A DNA stretch of 64,000 nucleotides from Alcaligenaceae bacterium (GTDB lineage: Bacteria; Pseudomonadota; Gammaproteobacteria; Burkholderiales; Burkholderiaceae_B), in assembly GCA_029267315.1 (NCBI GenBank), contig JAJUJD010000001.1, forward strand, positions 5,185-69,184, in the 5' to 3' direction. The translations under genes were made by a program, and so were the position numbers. Below the pieces are notes generated by a model. It was not told the DNA's origin. It searched no databases and saw only the letters and a list, made by a program, of their open reading frames with translations. Shown piece by piece: positions 1-11,655 of this stretch; the first letter of the stretch is position 1; each line of letters opens with the position of its first letter.

Positions 1-2245
1 GGCTGTGGGCTACACCCTCGACGAACTGCGCAATGAAATCACCGACGGCGCTACGCCGGCATCGTTCGAGCCGGCCATTGACTACGTGGTCACCAAGGTG
101 CCGCGTTTTGCCTTCGAAAAATTCCCGCAGGCCGATTCCCGCCTCACCACCCAGATGAAATCCGTGGGTGAAGTCATGGCCATTGGTCGCACCTTCCAGG
201 AGTCGTTCCAGAAAGCGCTGCGCGGCCTGGAAGTGGGTGTGGACGGTCTGAACCAGATGACGACCGACCGCGAAAAACTGCAGATTGAACTGGGTGAACC
301 CGGCCCGGAGCGTATCTGGTATGTGGGCGATGCCTTCGCTCAGGGCTTCTCGCTGGAAGACGTACATCAGCTTACGAAGATAGACCCGTGGTTCCTCGCG
401 CAGATCAAGCAGATTGTCGATATCGAACTGGCGCTGGAGCAAAAGACCCTTGCCGACCTCGACTACGACACCCTGCGCGAACTGAAGCGCCGCGGGTTCT
501 CTGACCGTCGCCTGGCTTACTTGCTGGACACCTCGGAGACCGAAGTGCGCAAGCTGCGCCACCAGATGGGCATCCGTCCCGTCTACAAGCGGGTCGATAC
601 CTGCGCGGCTGAGTTTCCGACCAACACTGCATATATGTACTCGACCTACGAGGACGAGTGCGAAGCTGATCCAACCGACCGCAAGAAGATCATCGTTCTG
701 GGCGGTGGGCCGAACCGTATCGGTCAGGGCATTGAGTTCGACTATTGCTGTGTGCACGCGGCGCTCGCCTTACGCGAGGATGGTTATGAAACCATCATGG
801 TGAACTGCAACCCCGAGACGGTTTCCACCGATTACGACACCTCGGACCGCCTGTATTTCGAGCCGCTCACACTGGAAGACGTACTGGAAATCGTCCACAT
901 CGAGAACCCGGTGGGCATGATCGTTCAGTACGGTGGCCAAACCCCGCTGAAACTGGCCCGTGCGCTGGAAGCCAATGGTGTGCCCATCATCGGCACCAGC
1001 CCTGAGTCCATCGACGTGGCGGAAGACCGCGAGCGCTTCCAGAAATTGCTCAGCAAGCTGGGTCTGCGCCAACCGCCCAACCGCACTGCACGTACTGAAG
1101 GCGAGGCACTGGCCTTGGCTTCGGAAATCGGTTATCCGCTGGTGGTGCGTCCCAGTTATGTTCTGGGCGGCCGCGCCATGGAAATCGTTCATGAACAGCA
1201 GGATCTCGAACGCTACATGCGTGAGGCCGTGCGTGTCAGCAATGACTCCCCCGTCTTGCTGGACCACTTCCTGAACAATGCCACCGAAGTCGACGTGGAC
1301 TGCATTTCCGACGGCAATGTAGTATTCATCGGCGGCGTCATGGAGCACATCGAGCAGGCGGGCGTGCACTCCGGCGACTCGGCATGCAGTCTGCCGCCGT
1401 ACTCCCTGTCTGCCGAGGTCATCGCCGAGATCAAGCGTCAAACGGCGTTGATGGCGCGGGCTTTGAACGTCAAGGGCTTGATGAATGTCCAGTTCGCCAT
1501 CCAGGATGGTGAAGTGTATGTTCTGGAAGTGAACCCGCGTGCATCGCGTACTGTTCCCTACGTGTCCAAGGCAACAGGTCTGCAGCTGGCCAAGATTGCT
1601 GCGCGTGCGATGGCGGGCCGCAGCCTGGAAGAACAGGGCGTCCGCGACGAAGTCGTGCCGGACTACTTCTCCGTGAAGGAAGCGGTCTTCCCCTTCGTGA
1701 AGTTCCCGGGCGTCGACACCATTCTGGGTCCCGAAATGAAATCCACCGGCGAAGTCATGGGAGTGGGGCGCAGTTTCGGCGAGGCCTTCGTGAAATCGCA
1801 GCTGGCTGCTGGCGTTACGCTGCCCAAGTCGGGAACAGCATTCATCAGCGTCCGCGATCAGGATAAGCCGCGTGCAGTGGAAGTGGCTCGTGGGTTGAAT
1901 GAGCTGGGCTTCAAGATTATTGCTACTCGTGGTACGGCTGCGGCGATTGAAGCGGCTGGCCTGCCCGTGCAAGTGGTCAATAAAGTTACGGAAGGCCGCC
2001 CGCACATCGTGGACATGGTGAAGAACGGCGAGATCGACCTGGTGATCAACACTGTGGAAGAGCGTCGCAACGCCATTGCGGATTCGCGTACCATTCGTAC
2101 CCAGACCTTGGCCGCCCGTGTGGCTTACTTTACGACCATCGCCGGTGCACGTGCAGCGGTAGAGGGCATGCAGTACATCCACAACGAAACAGGCCTGCAG
2201 GTCTACTCGGTGCAAGCGCTGACAGGCGGTCAGGCAGCTGCCTGA
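1..2245 (+). CDS. carB: Carbamoyl-phosphate synthase large subunit (5' end outside the window)
   Basis: Motifs [35 protein letters not shown] and EVNPRASRT, plus a C-terminal MGS domain. The frame is open at the window edge. Confidence 0.99.
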   Translation, partial: AVGYTLDELRNEITDGATPASFEPAIDYVVTKVPRFAFEKFPQADSRLTTQMKSVGEVMAIGRTFQESFQKALRGLEVGVDGLNQMTTDREKLQIELGEPGPERIWYVGDAFAQGFSLEDVHQLTKIDPWFLAQIKQIVDIELALEQKTLADLDYDTLRELKRRGFSDRRLAYLLDTSETEVRKLRHQMGIRPVYKRVDTCAAEFPTNTAYMYSTYEDECEADPTDRKKIIVLGGGPNRIGQGIEFDYCCVHAALALREDGYETIMVNCNPETVSTDYDTSDRLYFEPLTLEDVLEIVHIENPVGMIVQYGGQTPLKLARALEANGVPIIGTSPESIDVAEDRERFQKLLSKLGLRQPPNRTARTEGEALALASEIGYPLVVRPSYVLGGRAMEIVHEQQDLERYMREAVRVSNDSPVLLDHFLNNATEVDVDCISDGNVVFIGGVMEHIEQAGVHSGDSACSLPPYSLSAEVIAEIKRQTALMARALNVKGLMNVQFAIQDGEVYVLEVNPRASRTVPYVSKATGLQLAKIAARAMAGRSLEEQGVRDEVVPDYFSVKEAVFPFVKFPGVDTILGPEMKSTGEVMGVGRSFGEAFVKSQLAAGVTLPKSGTAFISVRDQDKPRAVEVARGLNELGFKIIATRGTAAAIEAAGLPVQVVNKVTEGRPHIVDMVKNGEIDLVINTVEERRNAIADSRTIRTQTLAARVAYFTTIAGARAAVEGMQYIHNETGLQVYSVQALTGGQAAA

Positions 2246-2252
2246 TCCTGGC

Positions 2253-3014
2253 TTGGAACGGGTCTTCATCACAGGAGCGAGCAGCGGCATAGGTGCCGCG
2301 CTCGCTCTTTGCTTTGCGCGGCGCGGTGCTCAACTGGGTCTGGTGGGGCGCCGCCGTGATGCCCTGGAAAGGTTGGCGGCCGAGCTTCCTGGCACAGATC
2401 ACAGCATTTATGTGTTGGATGTGCGTGACCGCGCGGCGCTTCATGCGGCGGCCACCGATTTCATGCGCGCGGGCCCTGTAGATATCGTTATCGCCAGTGC
2501 GGGCATCAGTGTTGGCACGCTCACAGAGGAACTCGAGGATTTCGAAGTTTTTCGGGCCATACACGAAACCAATGTGCTGGCCACCGTCGCCAGCTTTGAA
2601 CCCTTTGTGGCCTCCATGCGGGCGCGTGGTCGAGGGCGATTGGTAGGAATTTCCAGCGTAGCAGGCGTTCGTGGTCTACCCGGAGCGGGAGCGTACAGTT
2701 CATCAAAGGCGGCAGTGCGCGCCTATTGCGAAAGCCTAAGAGTGGAATTGCACGGCAGTGGAGTCAAGGTAGTGACCATATCACCCGGGTTCATTCGCAC
2801 GCCCATGACAGCAAAGAACCCATACCGCATGCCATTTTTAATGCCGGTGGAAGCGTTTGCCCGGCAGGCGCTGCGGCACATCGACCGTGGTACGCCTGCG
2901 GTCGTAATTCCCTGGCAGATGGGGTTGGTGGCGACTCTTTTAAGAGGTGTGCCGGCCGCCGTATACGACCATTTCGCCGCCCGGCGCAAACGCAAGCCGC
3001 GCCGGGGCGAATAG
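2253..3014 (+). CDS. Short-chain dehydrogenase/reductase (SDR family)
   Basis: TGASSGIG Rossmann motif and YSSSK catalytic motif. TTG start 7 nt after the carB stop. Confidence 0.93.
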   Translation: MERVFITGASSGIGAALALCFARRGAQLGLVGRRRDALERLAAELPGTDHSIYVLDVRDRAALHAAATDFMRAGPVDIVIASAGISVGTLTEELEDFEVFRAIHETNVLATVASFEPFVASMRARGRGRLVGISSVAGVRGLPGAGAYSSSKAAVRAYCESLRVELHGSGVKVVTISPGFIRTPMTAKNPYRMPFLMPVEAFARQALRHIDRGTPAVVIPWQMGLVATLLRGVPAAVYDHFAARRKRKPRRGE

Positions 3015-3018
3015 AGTG

Positions 3019-3669
3019 TCAGGTGTGCATGACGTCGTCTAAGGAGGCGATGTCGCCCAGGTGTTTAACCTGGTTCCAAGGGCCCATCTTCCATCCACCA
3101 TCGATATCGATATCGAAAACACTGATGCTGGTGTTGAGTATCGTGCCTTCACGGTGGGTGGTCAATGAGTGGCCGCCGGCCAACCGCCAAGCAATGTCCA
3201 CCACGCCTCCATGGGCGAAAACCAGCACATTCTGACCAGTGTGCTCCCGTGCGAGGCGCTCGAAGGCGGCGCCTACCCGCTGGGCAAACTCTCGCAACGA
3301 TTCGCCTTGTTCCACGGCCTGGTCAGGCTCACGCAAATTGATGTCTTTCTCTGCTAATCCTTGCGACAGGGCGTTCCAGTCCATGCCTTGGTAGACGCCA
3401 TAGTTGCGCTCACGTAGCTCAGCAGTCGTCGTGACGGGTAAGCCAAGATGAACGGTGGCCAGATGCGCAGTTTCGGCAGCACGGCTCAAGTCGCTGCTGT
3501 GGACCGCGGTAAAGCGGGGGCTATCCAGACTCTGCAGGTAGGTACCCAACTGCCGGGCCTGCTCCAAGCCGACCTCGCTCAAGGGGATGTCCAGCCAGCC
3601 CTGAAGGCGGCGGTTGGCGTTCCATTCGGTTTCGCCGTGGCGAATAAGCCAGAAGTGTGTCGTTTCCAT
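3019..3669 (-). CDS. Histidine phosphatase family protein (GpmB/CobC-like)
   Basis: LIRHGETEWN, SSDLSRA and HGG motifs. Confidence 0.93.
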   Translation of the reverse strand: METTHFWLIRHGETEWNANRRLQGWLDIPLSEVGLEQARQLGTYLQSLDSPRFTAVHSSDLSRAAETAHLATVHLGLPVTTTAELRERNYGVYQGMDWNALSQGLAEKDINLREPDQAVEQGESLREFAQRVGAAFERLAREHTGQNVLVFAHGGVVDIAWRLAGGHSLTTHREGTILNTSISVFDIDIDGGWKMGPWNQVKHLGDIASLDDVMHT

Positions 3670-3842
3670 GTCGCGTATTCTACCTCGCGCCAGCCCTGTT
3701 TTTGGGGTCGGGAAGGGCGTTGGCGCGGGTCGGTCGCGGCGCGCGTAAGCGCGTGTGTAAGCAAATATGCTTGCCGTAGACAGTCTGCTCGCCGTACACT
3801 TCGCGTCGCTTCATCGCCCCCTCGACTTTCTTCCACATATCC

Positions 3843-5156
3843 ATGTCCGATACATTCTTCCCCCGTTGGCGTCGTGCTGACACGAGCAAGCCGGGCACTG
3901 TCGTCCAGCCCGACGAATGTCTCTCCACATCTCAGAATATCGCCATGGGTGCGCAGCACGTGGTCGCCATGTTCGGCTCCACGATACTCGCGCCGTTGCT
4001 AATGGGCTTTGACCCTAACGTCGCCATCCTCATGTCGGGGATCGGCACCTTGATCTTCTTCCTCTTTGTGCGAGGCCGTGTCCCGAGCTATCTGGGTTCC
4101 AGTTTTGCCTTCATTGGTGGCGTCATTGCCGTAACCGGCTATGCCGGTGCTGGCCCCAATGCAAATATTGGGGTGGCACTGGGCGCCATCATTGCCTGTG
4201 GCCTGGTCTATACACTGATCGGCTTGCTGGTGTGGTGGATCAACGCTCGCACCGGGGGAGATGCCCAATGGATCAACCGCTGGATGCCGCCAGTGGTGAC
4301 CGGCGCCGTGGTAGCCGTTATCGGCCTTAACCTCGCGCCCATTGCGGCCCGTGGCGCCATGGGTTCCTCAACCTTCGATGCCATGATGGCACTAATGACA
4401 GTGCTGTGCGTGGGGGGTGTCGCTGTCTATACCCGCGGAACGGTGCAGCGCTTGCTCATTCTTGTGGGCCTGCTCGTGGCCTGTGTGATCTACGCCGTCT
4501 TCACCAATGTTCTGGGCATGGGGACACCGATCGACTTCAGTACTGTGGCTGCAGCACCATGGCTTGGCCTGCCCAACTTCAGCACTCCCGTGTTTGAACT
4601 GCATGCCATGAGCGTTATCGTGCCTGTAGCGATCATTCTTGTCGCGGAAAACCTCGGTCATATCAAGGCGGTGAGCGCGATGACAGGGCGTAATCTCGAT
4701 GCTTACCTGGGCCGCGCGTTTGTTGGTGACGGCGTGGCCACCATGGTCTCCGGTTCGCTCGGTGGCACAGGGGTAACAACCTATGCCGAGAACATCGGTG
4801 TGATGACGGTCACGCGGATCTATTCCACCCTTGTTTTTGTCGTGGCTGCGCTATTCGCCATTGCTCTGGGCTTCTCGCCCAAGTTTGGTGCCCTCATCCA
4901 AACCATACCGGGCCCCGTTCTGGGCGGCATGTCTGTGGTGGTGTTTGGCCTGATTGCCGTGGCTGGTGCCCGCATATGGGTGGTCAATCAAGTGGATTTC
5001 AGCGATAACCGGAACCTGATTGTTGCTGCAGTAACGTTGGTGCTCGGCGCGGGGAATTTCACCGTCCAGTTTGGTGATTTCAAGCTCGACGGTATTGGCA
5101 CTGCCACGTTTGGCGCCATCATTCTGCACGGCTTGCTGCGCCCTCGCTCTGCCTAG
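3843..5156 (+). CDS. NCS2 family nucleobase permease (RutG/UraA-like)
   Basis: QH motif in TM1, YLGSSFAF and the TTYAENIG NCS2 signature; many hydrophobic segments. Confidence 0.93.
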   Translation: MSDTFFPRWRRADTSKPGTVVQPDECLSTSQNIAMGAQHVVAMFGSTILAPLLMGFDPNVAILMSGIGTLIFFLFVRGRVPSYLGSSFAFIGGVIAVTGYAGAGPNANIGVALGAIIACGLVYTLIGLLVWWINARTGGDAQWINRWMPPVVTGAVVAVIGLNLAPIAARGAMGSSTFDAMMALMTVLCVGGVAVYTRGTVQRLLILVGLLVACVIYAVFTNVLGMGTPIDFSTVAAAPWLGLPNFSTPVFELHAMSVIVPVAIILVAENLGHIKAVSAMTGRNLDAYLGRAFVGDGVATMVSGSLGGTGVTTYAENIGVMTVTRIYSTLVFVVAALFAIALGFSPKFGALIQTIPGPVLGGMSVVVFGLIAVAGARIWVVNQVDFSDNRNLIVAAVTLVLGAGNFTVQFGDFKLDGIGTATFGAIILHGLLRPRSA

Positions 5157-5218
5157 GCACGTAGGATTCCGGCTTCGTCAACCCGTAACAATTCGGAGGG
5201 AAATGCGGGCGAAGATGC

Positions 5219-5247
5219 TTGCATTTTCCTTAAAACTTGCCGACAAT
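5219..5247 (+). promoter_or_regulatory. Putative sigma70 promoter upstream of greA
   Basis: TTGCAT-17 nt-GACAAT. Confidence 0.4.
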
Positions 5248-5258
5248 AAACCCGTAAT

Positions 5259-5290
5259 CCCCGGTTTGCATCAGGCCGGGGTTTTGTTTT
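5259..5290 (+). terminator. Intrinsic terminator in the greA upstream region
   Basis: CCCCGGTTTG-CAT-CAGGCCGGGG stem followed by TTTTGTTTT. Confidence 0.7.
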
Positions 5291-5432
5291 CCGGTCAGTC
5301 CCCTAGCGAAATATTTCAGCCGTGGCGCCTTTCGGTCTGCCGCGCTTCGGGCATCGCTGGCCAATTCAACACTGTCGTCTTTCGGCGCTCCTATATCCGG
5401 AGCGTCTTTTTACTTTTGATTCAGGAAATACT

Positions 5433-5909
5433 ATGTCTGCGATTCCGTTGACTGTAGGTGGCGCTGAGCGCTTGCAAGCCGAACTGCATCGTCTGAAAAC
5501 GGTTGACCGTCCTCAGGTGATCGATGCCATCGCGGAAGCGCGCGCCCAGGGTGATCTCTCGGAAAACGCTGAATACGACGCCGCACGCGAGCGTCAGGCT
5601 TTCATCGAGGGTCGAATCAAGGAACTGGAGGGCACACTGTCCAACGCCCAGATCATCGACCCCACGGCGCTTGACGTCGACGGTCGCGCAGTGTTTGGCG
5701 CAACCGTGGAAATCGAGGAAATCGAATCTGGTGAACGTGTCACCTATCAGATCGTTGGCGATGTGGAAGCTGACATCCGGTCGAACAAAATCTCGGTGTC
5801 CAGCCCGGTAGCACGTGCACTCATCGGTAAGTCCGAAGGTGACGTGGTCGAAGTAGTGGCCCCTGGTGGTGTCCGCGAATACGAGATCATCTCCATTCGC
5901 TACGTCTGA
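5433..5909 (+). CDS. greA: Transcription elongation factor GreA
   Basis: [16 protein letters not shown] and [17 protein letters not shown] at 5433 after an AGGA SD gives 158 aa. Confidence 0.98.
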   Translation: MSAIPLTVGGAERLQAELHRLKTVDRPQVIDAIAEARAQGDLSENAEYDAARERQAFIEGRIKELEGTLSNAQIIDPTALDVDGRAVFGATVEIEEIESGERVTYQIVGDVEADIRSNKISVSSPVARALIGKSEGDVVEVVAPGGVREYEIISIRYV

Positions 5910-5992
5910 GCCCTGCCACGCCTGGGGCGTGGCGCCAGCTCAGTGAATCAGCCCTGCATATGTGTAGCATTATTGACAGGGCTGTTTTGTTT

Positions 5993-6565
5993 TCAGCCGC
6001 GGCTGCGGCGAACACCGGCGCGCAATGAGAGCGCACTTCCGCTACGGCGCGGAATACGGGATGGCTGAGCCTTCCCTTGAAGCCGGGTTCGGGCGGGGCG
6101 ACCTTCCGGACTGCTCATAGACTTGGGTTGGTCGGCCGCGGGAGCGCCAGACTTACGGGGCTTCGTGTCACGGCGGTCGCGGGTGCGTCCTTCCGCAGCA
6201 AGCTTCTTGGGCGTATAGGGTTCAGACGCTTTGCGCTTGACCTGACCACTTTCTTTTTTGTCTCGGTTCAGCAGGTCGATCTGCGCGTCGGGGTCCGGCC
6301 GGTATATGATGAGCGTCTTGCCGAGATGGTGCACATTCGCGCAGGAGAGCGTCTCACAGATAGTGTCCAGCATTTCAATGCGCGCTTCGCGGTCGTCACC
6401 GGCGACGCGAACCTTGATCAACTGGTGCGCCTTGAGATTCAGGTCGATTTCCTTCAGGACGGATTCAGTCAGGCCACGGTCGCCAATCAACACGACGGGG
6501 CGCAAGGGGTGGGCGGCTGAGCGCAGGGCGCTGCGCTCCTGGGATGTGAGGTCTAGTTTTGGCAT
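5993..6565 (-). CDS. yhbY: YhbY/CRM-domain RNA-binding protein with a basic C-terminal tail
   Basis: [23 protein letters not shown] and GKTLIIYR. Confidence 0.92.
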   Translation of the reverse strand: MPKLDLTSQERSALRSAAHPLRPVVLIGDRGLTESVLKEIDLNLKAHQLIKVRVAGDDREARIEMLDTICETLSCANVHHLGKTLIIYRPDPDAQIDLLNRDKKESGQVKRKASEPYTPKKLAAEGRTRDRRDTKPRKSGAPAADQPKSMSSPEGRPARTRLQGKAQPSRIPRRSGSALSLRAGVRRSRG

Positions 6566-6582
6566 GGTGGAATTGTACGGGA

Positions 6583-7230
6583 ATGGCCAAGAAAAAATTT
6601 TCTAAGAACTGGGTTCATCAGCATATTAATGACCCCTATGTCAAACAGGCGCAACAGAAAGGTTACAGGGCGCGAGCGGCGTTCAAACTGTCAGAGATAC
6701 TCGATGCTGAAAAGCTATTGCGCAGAGGTGACCGCGTAGTCGATTTGGGGTCTGCGCCCGGCAGTTGGTCGCAGGTCGTTCGTGAGCGTCTGGTCGGGGA
6801 AGGTGGCGTCATAGACGGCCGCATTATCGCACTGGACATACTACCCATGGAGCCTATTGCCGGGGTGGAGTTTCTACAGGGCGATTTCCGCGAGGATGCG
6901 GTATTGGCCCAGCTGGAAGAAATGTTGCAAGGTGAAAAACTTGACCTTGTGATTTCGGATATGGCCCCCAATCTCTCTGGGGTGAGCGCGGCAGATTCCG
7001 CACGCATACAACATGTCTGCGAACTGGCTATGGAATTCGCCTGCGCGCATCTGAAACCCGATGGTGCTCTGGTCGTCAAGGCCTTCCATGGGAGTGGCTT
7101 CTCCCAAATAGTTCAATCGTTCAAGTCGCGCTTCAAACGTGTGGTGGAACGCAAACCCAAGGCGTCGCGGGACAAGTCATCGGAAACCTTTCTCGTGGCA
7201 CGCGGGTTGAAGGACGAGTTGGATGTTTGA
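6583..7230 (+). CDS. rlmE: 23S rRNA Um2552 methyltransferase
   Basis: [26 protein letters not shown] and KPKASR; lies upstream of ftsH. Confidence 0.97.
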   Translation: MAKKKFSKNWVHQHINDPYVKQAQQKGYRARAAFKLSEILDAEKLLRRGDRVVDLGSAPGSWSQVVRERLVGEGGVIDGRIIALDILPMEPIAGVEFLQGDFREDAVLAQLEEMLQGEKLDLVISDMAPNLSGVSAADSARIQHVCELAMEFACAHLKPDGALVVKAFHGSGFSQIVQSFKSRFKRVVERKPKASRDKSSETFLVARGLKDELDV

Positions 7231-7420
7231 GCGGCCTGATCCCGCCCGCGTTGTCGTTCAGGTTTTTGTAAACATGGGCTGAGCAATCAGGTAGAATTGA
7301 GACTAGTGATTCCCCGCAGGTATACCCGCGTCCGCCTGCTCCCGACTGGGGCAGGGCAAAGCATCGTTGTCCGGCTTGCGGTGTTTGCTTAAGGGCGTCA
7401 CGGTTTTTAGGAGGTTGGCT

Positions 7421-9322
7421 TTGAACAACTCGTTTTCCAAGGTAGCGATCTGGATGGTGATCGCTCTGGTCCTGTTCACTGTTTTCAAACAGTTCGACGG
7501 CCGTGCACCGATCACCGACAACGTTACCTACACGCAATTCATGACTGACGCCCAGGCCGGGCGTATTGCAAAGGTCGATATCCAGGGCGACACGCTTTAC
7601 GTGACGCCTGACTCCGGCCGTCCCTACAGCCTGACCTCCCCGGGTGACCTCTGGATGGTCCCTGAACTCGTAAAGAACGGGGTCCAGGTATCCGGCCGTG
7701 CGCGGGAAGAACCGTCCTTCCTCACCAGTCTGTTCATTTCCTGGTTCCCGATGCTGCTGCTGATCGGTGTATGGATTTTCTTCATGCGCCAAATGCAAGG
7801 TGGTGGCAAGGGCGGTGCCTTCAGTTTCGGCAAGTCTCGCGCGCGCATGCTCGACGAGAACACCAACCACATCACTTTTGCCGACGTTGCGGGCTGCGAT
7901 GAAGCAAAGGAAGATGTCCAGGAACTGGTCGACTTTCTGCGCGATCCGACCAAATTTCAGCGCCTCGGGGGTCGCATTCCCCGCGGTGTGCTGCTGGTTG
8001 GCCCGCCCGGCACAGGTAAAACCCTTCTGGCGAAGGCCATTGCCGGTGAAGCCAAAGTGCCTTTCTTCAGCATCTCAGGTTCCGACTTCGTTGAAATGTT
8101 TGTCGGTGTTGGTGCCGCTCGCGTGCGTGACATGTTCGAGAACGCCAAGAAGCAGGCACCTTGCATCATCTTCATCGATGAAATCGACGCCGTCGGTCGT
8201 CAGCGGGGCGCTGGCCTGGGTGGCGGCAACGATGAGCGCGAGCAAACGCTGAACCAGCTGCTTGTGGAAATGGATGGTTTCGAGACCGGCCAAGGCGTGC
8301 TGGTCATCGCTGCTACCAACCGTCCTGACGTACTTGATCCTGCACTTTTGCGTCCGGGCCGTTTCGACCGCCAGGTTGTAGTAGCTCTGCCGGATATCCG
8401 CGGCCGTGAGCACATCCTTAAAGTGCACATGCGCAAAGTGCCCCTCGCATCGGACGTTGATCCAACTATCCTGGCTCGTGGCACGCCCGGGTTCTCCGGC
8501 GCTGATCTGGCTAACCTGGTGAACGAGGCTGCCCTGTTCGCGGCACGCCGTAATGGCCGCACTGTGGAAATGGCAGATTTCGAGAAAGCCAAGGACAAGA
8601 TCATCATGGGTGCGGAGCGTCGCACACTGATCATGCCCGAGGAAGAGCGCCGCAACACGGCCTACCACGAGGCTGGCCACGCGCTGGTGGCCAAACTGCT
8701 GCCCAAGACTGATCCTGTCCACAAGGTCACCATCATTCCACGTGGCCGCGCACTGGGTGTGACGATGCAGTTGCCCGAAGGCGACCGCTACAGCATGGAT
8801 AAAGAGCGCCTGCTCAATATGATTGCCGTGCTGTTTGGTGGGCGCATTGCGGAAGAGGTGTTCATGAACCAGATGACCACCGGCGCATCGAACGACTTCG
8901 AACGGGCTACCGCTATCGCACGTGACATCGTCACCCGCTACGGTATGACCGACTCGCTCGGCCCAGTTGTGTATGCCGAGAACGAAGGCGAAGTCTTCCT
9001 GGGCCGCAGTGTCACCAAAACGACCCATGTATCGGAAGCGACGATGCAGAAGGTCGATGCCGAGATCCGCAGTATCATCGACGAGCAGTATGGCGTGGCG
9101 CGCAAGCTCATTGAAGACAACGCCGACAAGATGCACGCCATGGCGAAGGCACTGCTGGAATGGGAAACCATCGATGCCGAGCAGATCGACGACATCATGG
9201 AAGGTCGCGAGCCGCGTCCGCCGAAGTCCTCGGCACCGCCCTCCGACACCAGCGACCAGTCGCCGCCTGCAGCAGGCGTGTCTCCCAGCGCTGGCGGCAA
9301 TACCGCGACCACTCCGGTTTAA
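7421..9322 (+). CDS. ftsH: ATP-dependent zinc metalloprotease FtsH
   Basis: Two TM segments, Walker [12 protein letters not shown] and HEAGH. TTG start after AGGAGG. Confidence 0.99.
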   Translation: MNNSFSKVAIWMVIALVLFTVFKQFDGRAPITDNVTYTQFMTDAQAGRIAKVDIQGDTLYVTPDSGRPYSLTSPGDLWMVPELVKNGVQVSGRAREEPSFLTSLFISWFPMLLLIGVWIFFMRQMQGGGKGGAFSFGKSRARMLDENTNHITFADVAGCDEAKEDVQELVDFLRDPTKFQRLGGRIPRGVLLVGPPGTGKTLLAKAIAGEAKVPFFSISGSDFVEMFVGVGAARVRDMFENAKKQAPCIIFIDEIDAVGRQRGAGLGGGNDEREQTLNQLLVEMDGFETGQGVLVIAATNRPDVLDPALLRPGRFDRQVVVALPDIRGREHILKVHMRKVPLASDVDPTILARGTPGFSGADLANLVNEAALFAARRNGRTVEMADFEKAKDKIIMGAERRTLIMPEEERRNTAYHEAGHALVAKLLPKTDPVHKVTIIPRGRALGVTMQLPEGDRYSMDKERLLNMIAVLFGGRIAEEVFMNQMTTGASNDFERATAIARDIVTRYGMTDSLGPVVYAENEGEVFLGRSVTKTTHVSEATMQKVDAEIRSIIDEQYGVARKLIEDNADKMHAMAKALLEWETIDAEQIDDIMEGREPRPPKSSAPPSDTSDQSPPAAGVSPSAGGNTATTPV

Positions 9323-9328
9323 GCGATC

Positions 9329-9364
9329 AGGCGCTCCGGCTCAAACCGGGGCGCCTCTTTCTTT
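9329..9364 (+). terminator. Hairpin/terminator between ftsH and folP
   Basis: AGGCGCTCCGG...CCGGGGCGCCT followed by a pyrimidine run. Confidence 0.55.
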
Positions 9365-9377
9365 CTCTCCAGGCATT

Positions 9378-10217
9378 ATGTCCACTTCATTGCAATGCGG
9401 GCGCTTCGAGCTAGATCTCGGGCGCCCTTTGGTCATGGGTATCCTCAATGTGACGCCCGACTCCTTTTCCGACGGCACGGGCGAACTGTCCATCAACCGC
9501 GTGCTGGAGCGCGCGCATCGTATGGTGGAAGATGGCGCTGATCTGCTGGATATTGGCGGGGAATCGACGCGCCCGGGTGCGCACCCCGTCCCCCTTCAGG
9601 AAGAACTGGACAGGGTGCTGCCGCTATTGGAGGCCCTGCATGATCTGCAGATACCGCTTTCAGTAGACACGTTCAAGCCAGAGGTAATGAAGGCTGCCCT
9701 GCATGCAGGGGCCGACATGATTAACGACATTCGTGCGCTGCGCGAACCTGGCGCGCTGGAAGTCGTCAGGAACAGCCAGTGCGGCCTTTGCATCATGCAT
9801 ATGCAAGGCGAACCCCGCACCATGCAGGCGAACCCCCATTACGACGATGTGGTGGCGGATGTTCGAACCTTTCTGGCTCAGCGTGTGAGTGACCTCCTGC
9901 AAGCCGGTATTGCGCGGGAGCGGGTTGTGCTGGATCCCGGCTTTGGTTTCGGCAAGACAGTGGGGCAGAACTACCTCATGTTGCGCCGACTTGACCAAAT
10001 GCGTGTCGATGACTACCCGTGGCTGCTGGGTTTCTCCCGTAAATCCATGCTGGGGCATATTGTGGGAAGGGAGCCTCGTGACAGGCTGGCTGCAAGCCTG
10101 GCCGCAGCCTTATATGGGCTGGAAATGGGAGGGCATATCCTCCGGGTGCACGATGTTGCAGAAACGGTAGATGCAGTAAAAATATGGCAAACAATAAAGG
10201 ATGAGTCCTTCGTATGA
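9378..10217 (+). CDS. folP: Dihydropteroate synthase
   Basis: [36 protein letters not shown] and RVHDV. Start moved to ATG 9378. Confidence 0.97.
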   Translation: MSTSLQCGRFELDLGRPLVMGILNVTPDSFSDGTGELSINRVLERAHRMVEDGADLLDIGGESTRPGAHPVPLQEELDRVLPLLEALHDLQIPLSVDTFKPEVMKAALHAGADMINDIRALREPGALEVVRNSQCGLCIMHMQGEPRTMQANPHYDDVVADVRTFLAQRVSDLLQAGIARERVVLDPGFGFGKTVGQNYLMLRRLDQMRVDDYPWLLGFSRKSMLGHIVGREPRDRLAASLAAALYGLEMGGHILRVHDVAETVDAVKIWQTIKDESFV

Positions 10218-11560
10218 GCAATCGTCAATACTTCGGTACCGATGGGATCCGCGGTCGGGTCGGTGGGCCGACAATCAATGCTGAATTCGCGCTTCGGCTG
10301 GGATATGCCGCTGGGCGCGTGCTCGCACGGAATCACCAGGGCAGGGGCCGTCCCACAGTTGTTATCGGCAAGGACACGCGTATTTCGGGATACATGCTGG
10401 AGTCCGCCCTTGAGGCGGGGCTTTCTGCAGCGGGTATTGACGTGCTGCTGGCAGGGCCTGTGCCCACACCGGCCGTCGCCTATCTGGCCCGAACGCTACG
10501 GTTGGTGGCCGGCGTGGTAATAAGTGCGTCGCACAACCCCTACCATGACAACGGCATCAAGTTTTTCTCCGGCAATGGCATGAAGTTAGCCGATGAAGTC
10601 GAAGCGGAAATCGAGGCCGTCCTTCATGAAAAGGTGGACTGCGTTGACTCGGAACAACTGGGTCGTGCTCGCCGCATTGATGACGCGGCGGGGCGATATA
10701 TCGAGTTCTGCAAGAGCGCCTTCCCGAATGAATTGGCGCTCTCGGGGCTTTCCATCGTGGTGGATGCTGCCCATGGAGCGGCTTACCACATCGCGCCCCA
10801 CGTTTTCCGCGAGCTGGGTGCCGAAGTATTTGCGGTAGGTTGCCAGCCGGACGGCTTCAACATCAATGAAGGTGTCGGCGCCATGTATCCGGAGAACCTG
10901 GTCAAAGAGGTTCGCGCGAAAGGGGCAGACTTGGGAATTGCTCTCGATGGCGACGCCGACCGCCTGCAGATGGTGGACGCTGAGGGCCGCTTGTACAACG
11001 GCGACGAACTACTCTATGTGATTGTTCAAGACCGCATGAAGCTCAAGCCGGTTCAAGGTGTCGCCGGCACACTCATGACGAACTTTGGTTTCGAACGGCG
11101 CATGAAAGAGCTCGGCATCCCGTTCGAGCGTGCCAAGGTAGGCGACCGCTATGTCCTCGAGATGCTGCTGCAAAAAGGCTGGTTGTTTGGCGGTGAGAGC
11201 TCGGGCCATTTGCTCTGCCTCGATCAACACACCACGGGCGACGGTATCATCGCTGCCTTGCAGGTGCTTCAAGCCATGGCCCGAAGCGGCAACAGCCTGT
11301 CCGAGCTGCTCGCAGACTTGCGTATGTATCCGCAGAAGATGGTCAACGTGCCGCTTGAGCCGGGCACGGACTGGCAGAGCCATGCCGGCCTTGCGCAGGC
11401 GCGCGAGGAAGTCGAAGCAATGCTGGGTGAAAGGGGCAGGGTGTTGATCCGGGCTTCGGGTACTGAGCCCAAGCTGCGACTGATGGTAGAAGCCGAAGAT
11501 GCCGCCCTGGCGGACGCAGGTGTGGAAAGGCTGATGGGGGTCGATTTAACAAACGTGTAA
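10214..11560 (+). CDS. glmM: Phosphoglucosamine mutase
   Basis: [20 protein letters not shown] and RASGTEP. Confidence 0.98.
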   Translation: MSNRQYFGTDGIRGRVGGPTINAEFALRLGYAAGRVLARNHQGRGRPTVVIGKDTRISGYMLESALEAGLSAAGIDVLLAGPVPTPAVAYLARTLRLVAGVVISASHNPYHDNGIKFFSGNGMKLADEVEAEIEAVLHEKVDCVDSEQLGRARRIDDAAGRYIEFCKSAFPNELALSGLSIVVDAAHGAAYHIAPHVFRELGAEVFAVGCQPDGFNINEGVGAMYPENLVKEVRAKGADLGIALDGDADRLQMVDAEGRLYNGDELLYVIVQDRMKLKPVQGVAGTLMTNFGFERRMKELGIPFERAKVGDRYVLEMLLQKGWLFGGESSGHLLCLDQHTTGDGIIAALQVLQAMARSGNSLSELLADLRMYPQKMVNVPLEPGTDWQSHAGLAQAREEVEAMLGERGRVLIRASGTEPKLRLMVEAEDAALADAGVERLMGVDLTNV

Positions 11561-11583
11561 CTTCACTGCCGATGTCCTGACAC

Positions 11584-11614
11584 ATTGCCCACTAATTAGT
11601 GGGCAATTTCTTTT
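11584..11614. terminator. Perfect 24-bp palindrome between convergent glmM and ppx, probably a terminator
   Basis: ATTGCCCACTAATTAGTGGGCAAT followed by TTCTTTT. Confidence 0.65.
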
Positions 11615-11655
11615 CGTCTGGCTCATTGTCATGTTGGATGTTCTTGCTCGAAGTG

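Noticed and set aside
8967-9377. Apparent long N-terminal extension of FolP overlapping ftsH
   Set aside because: An open frame without a stop. Homology starts at ATG 9378, after a hairpin.
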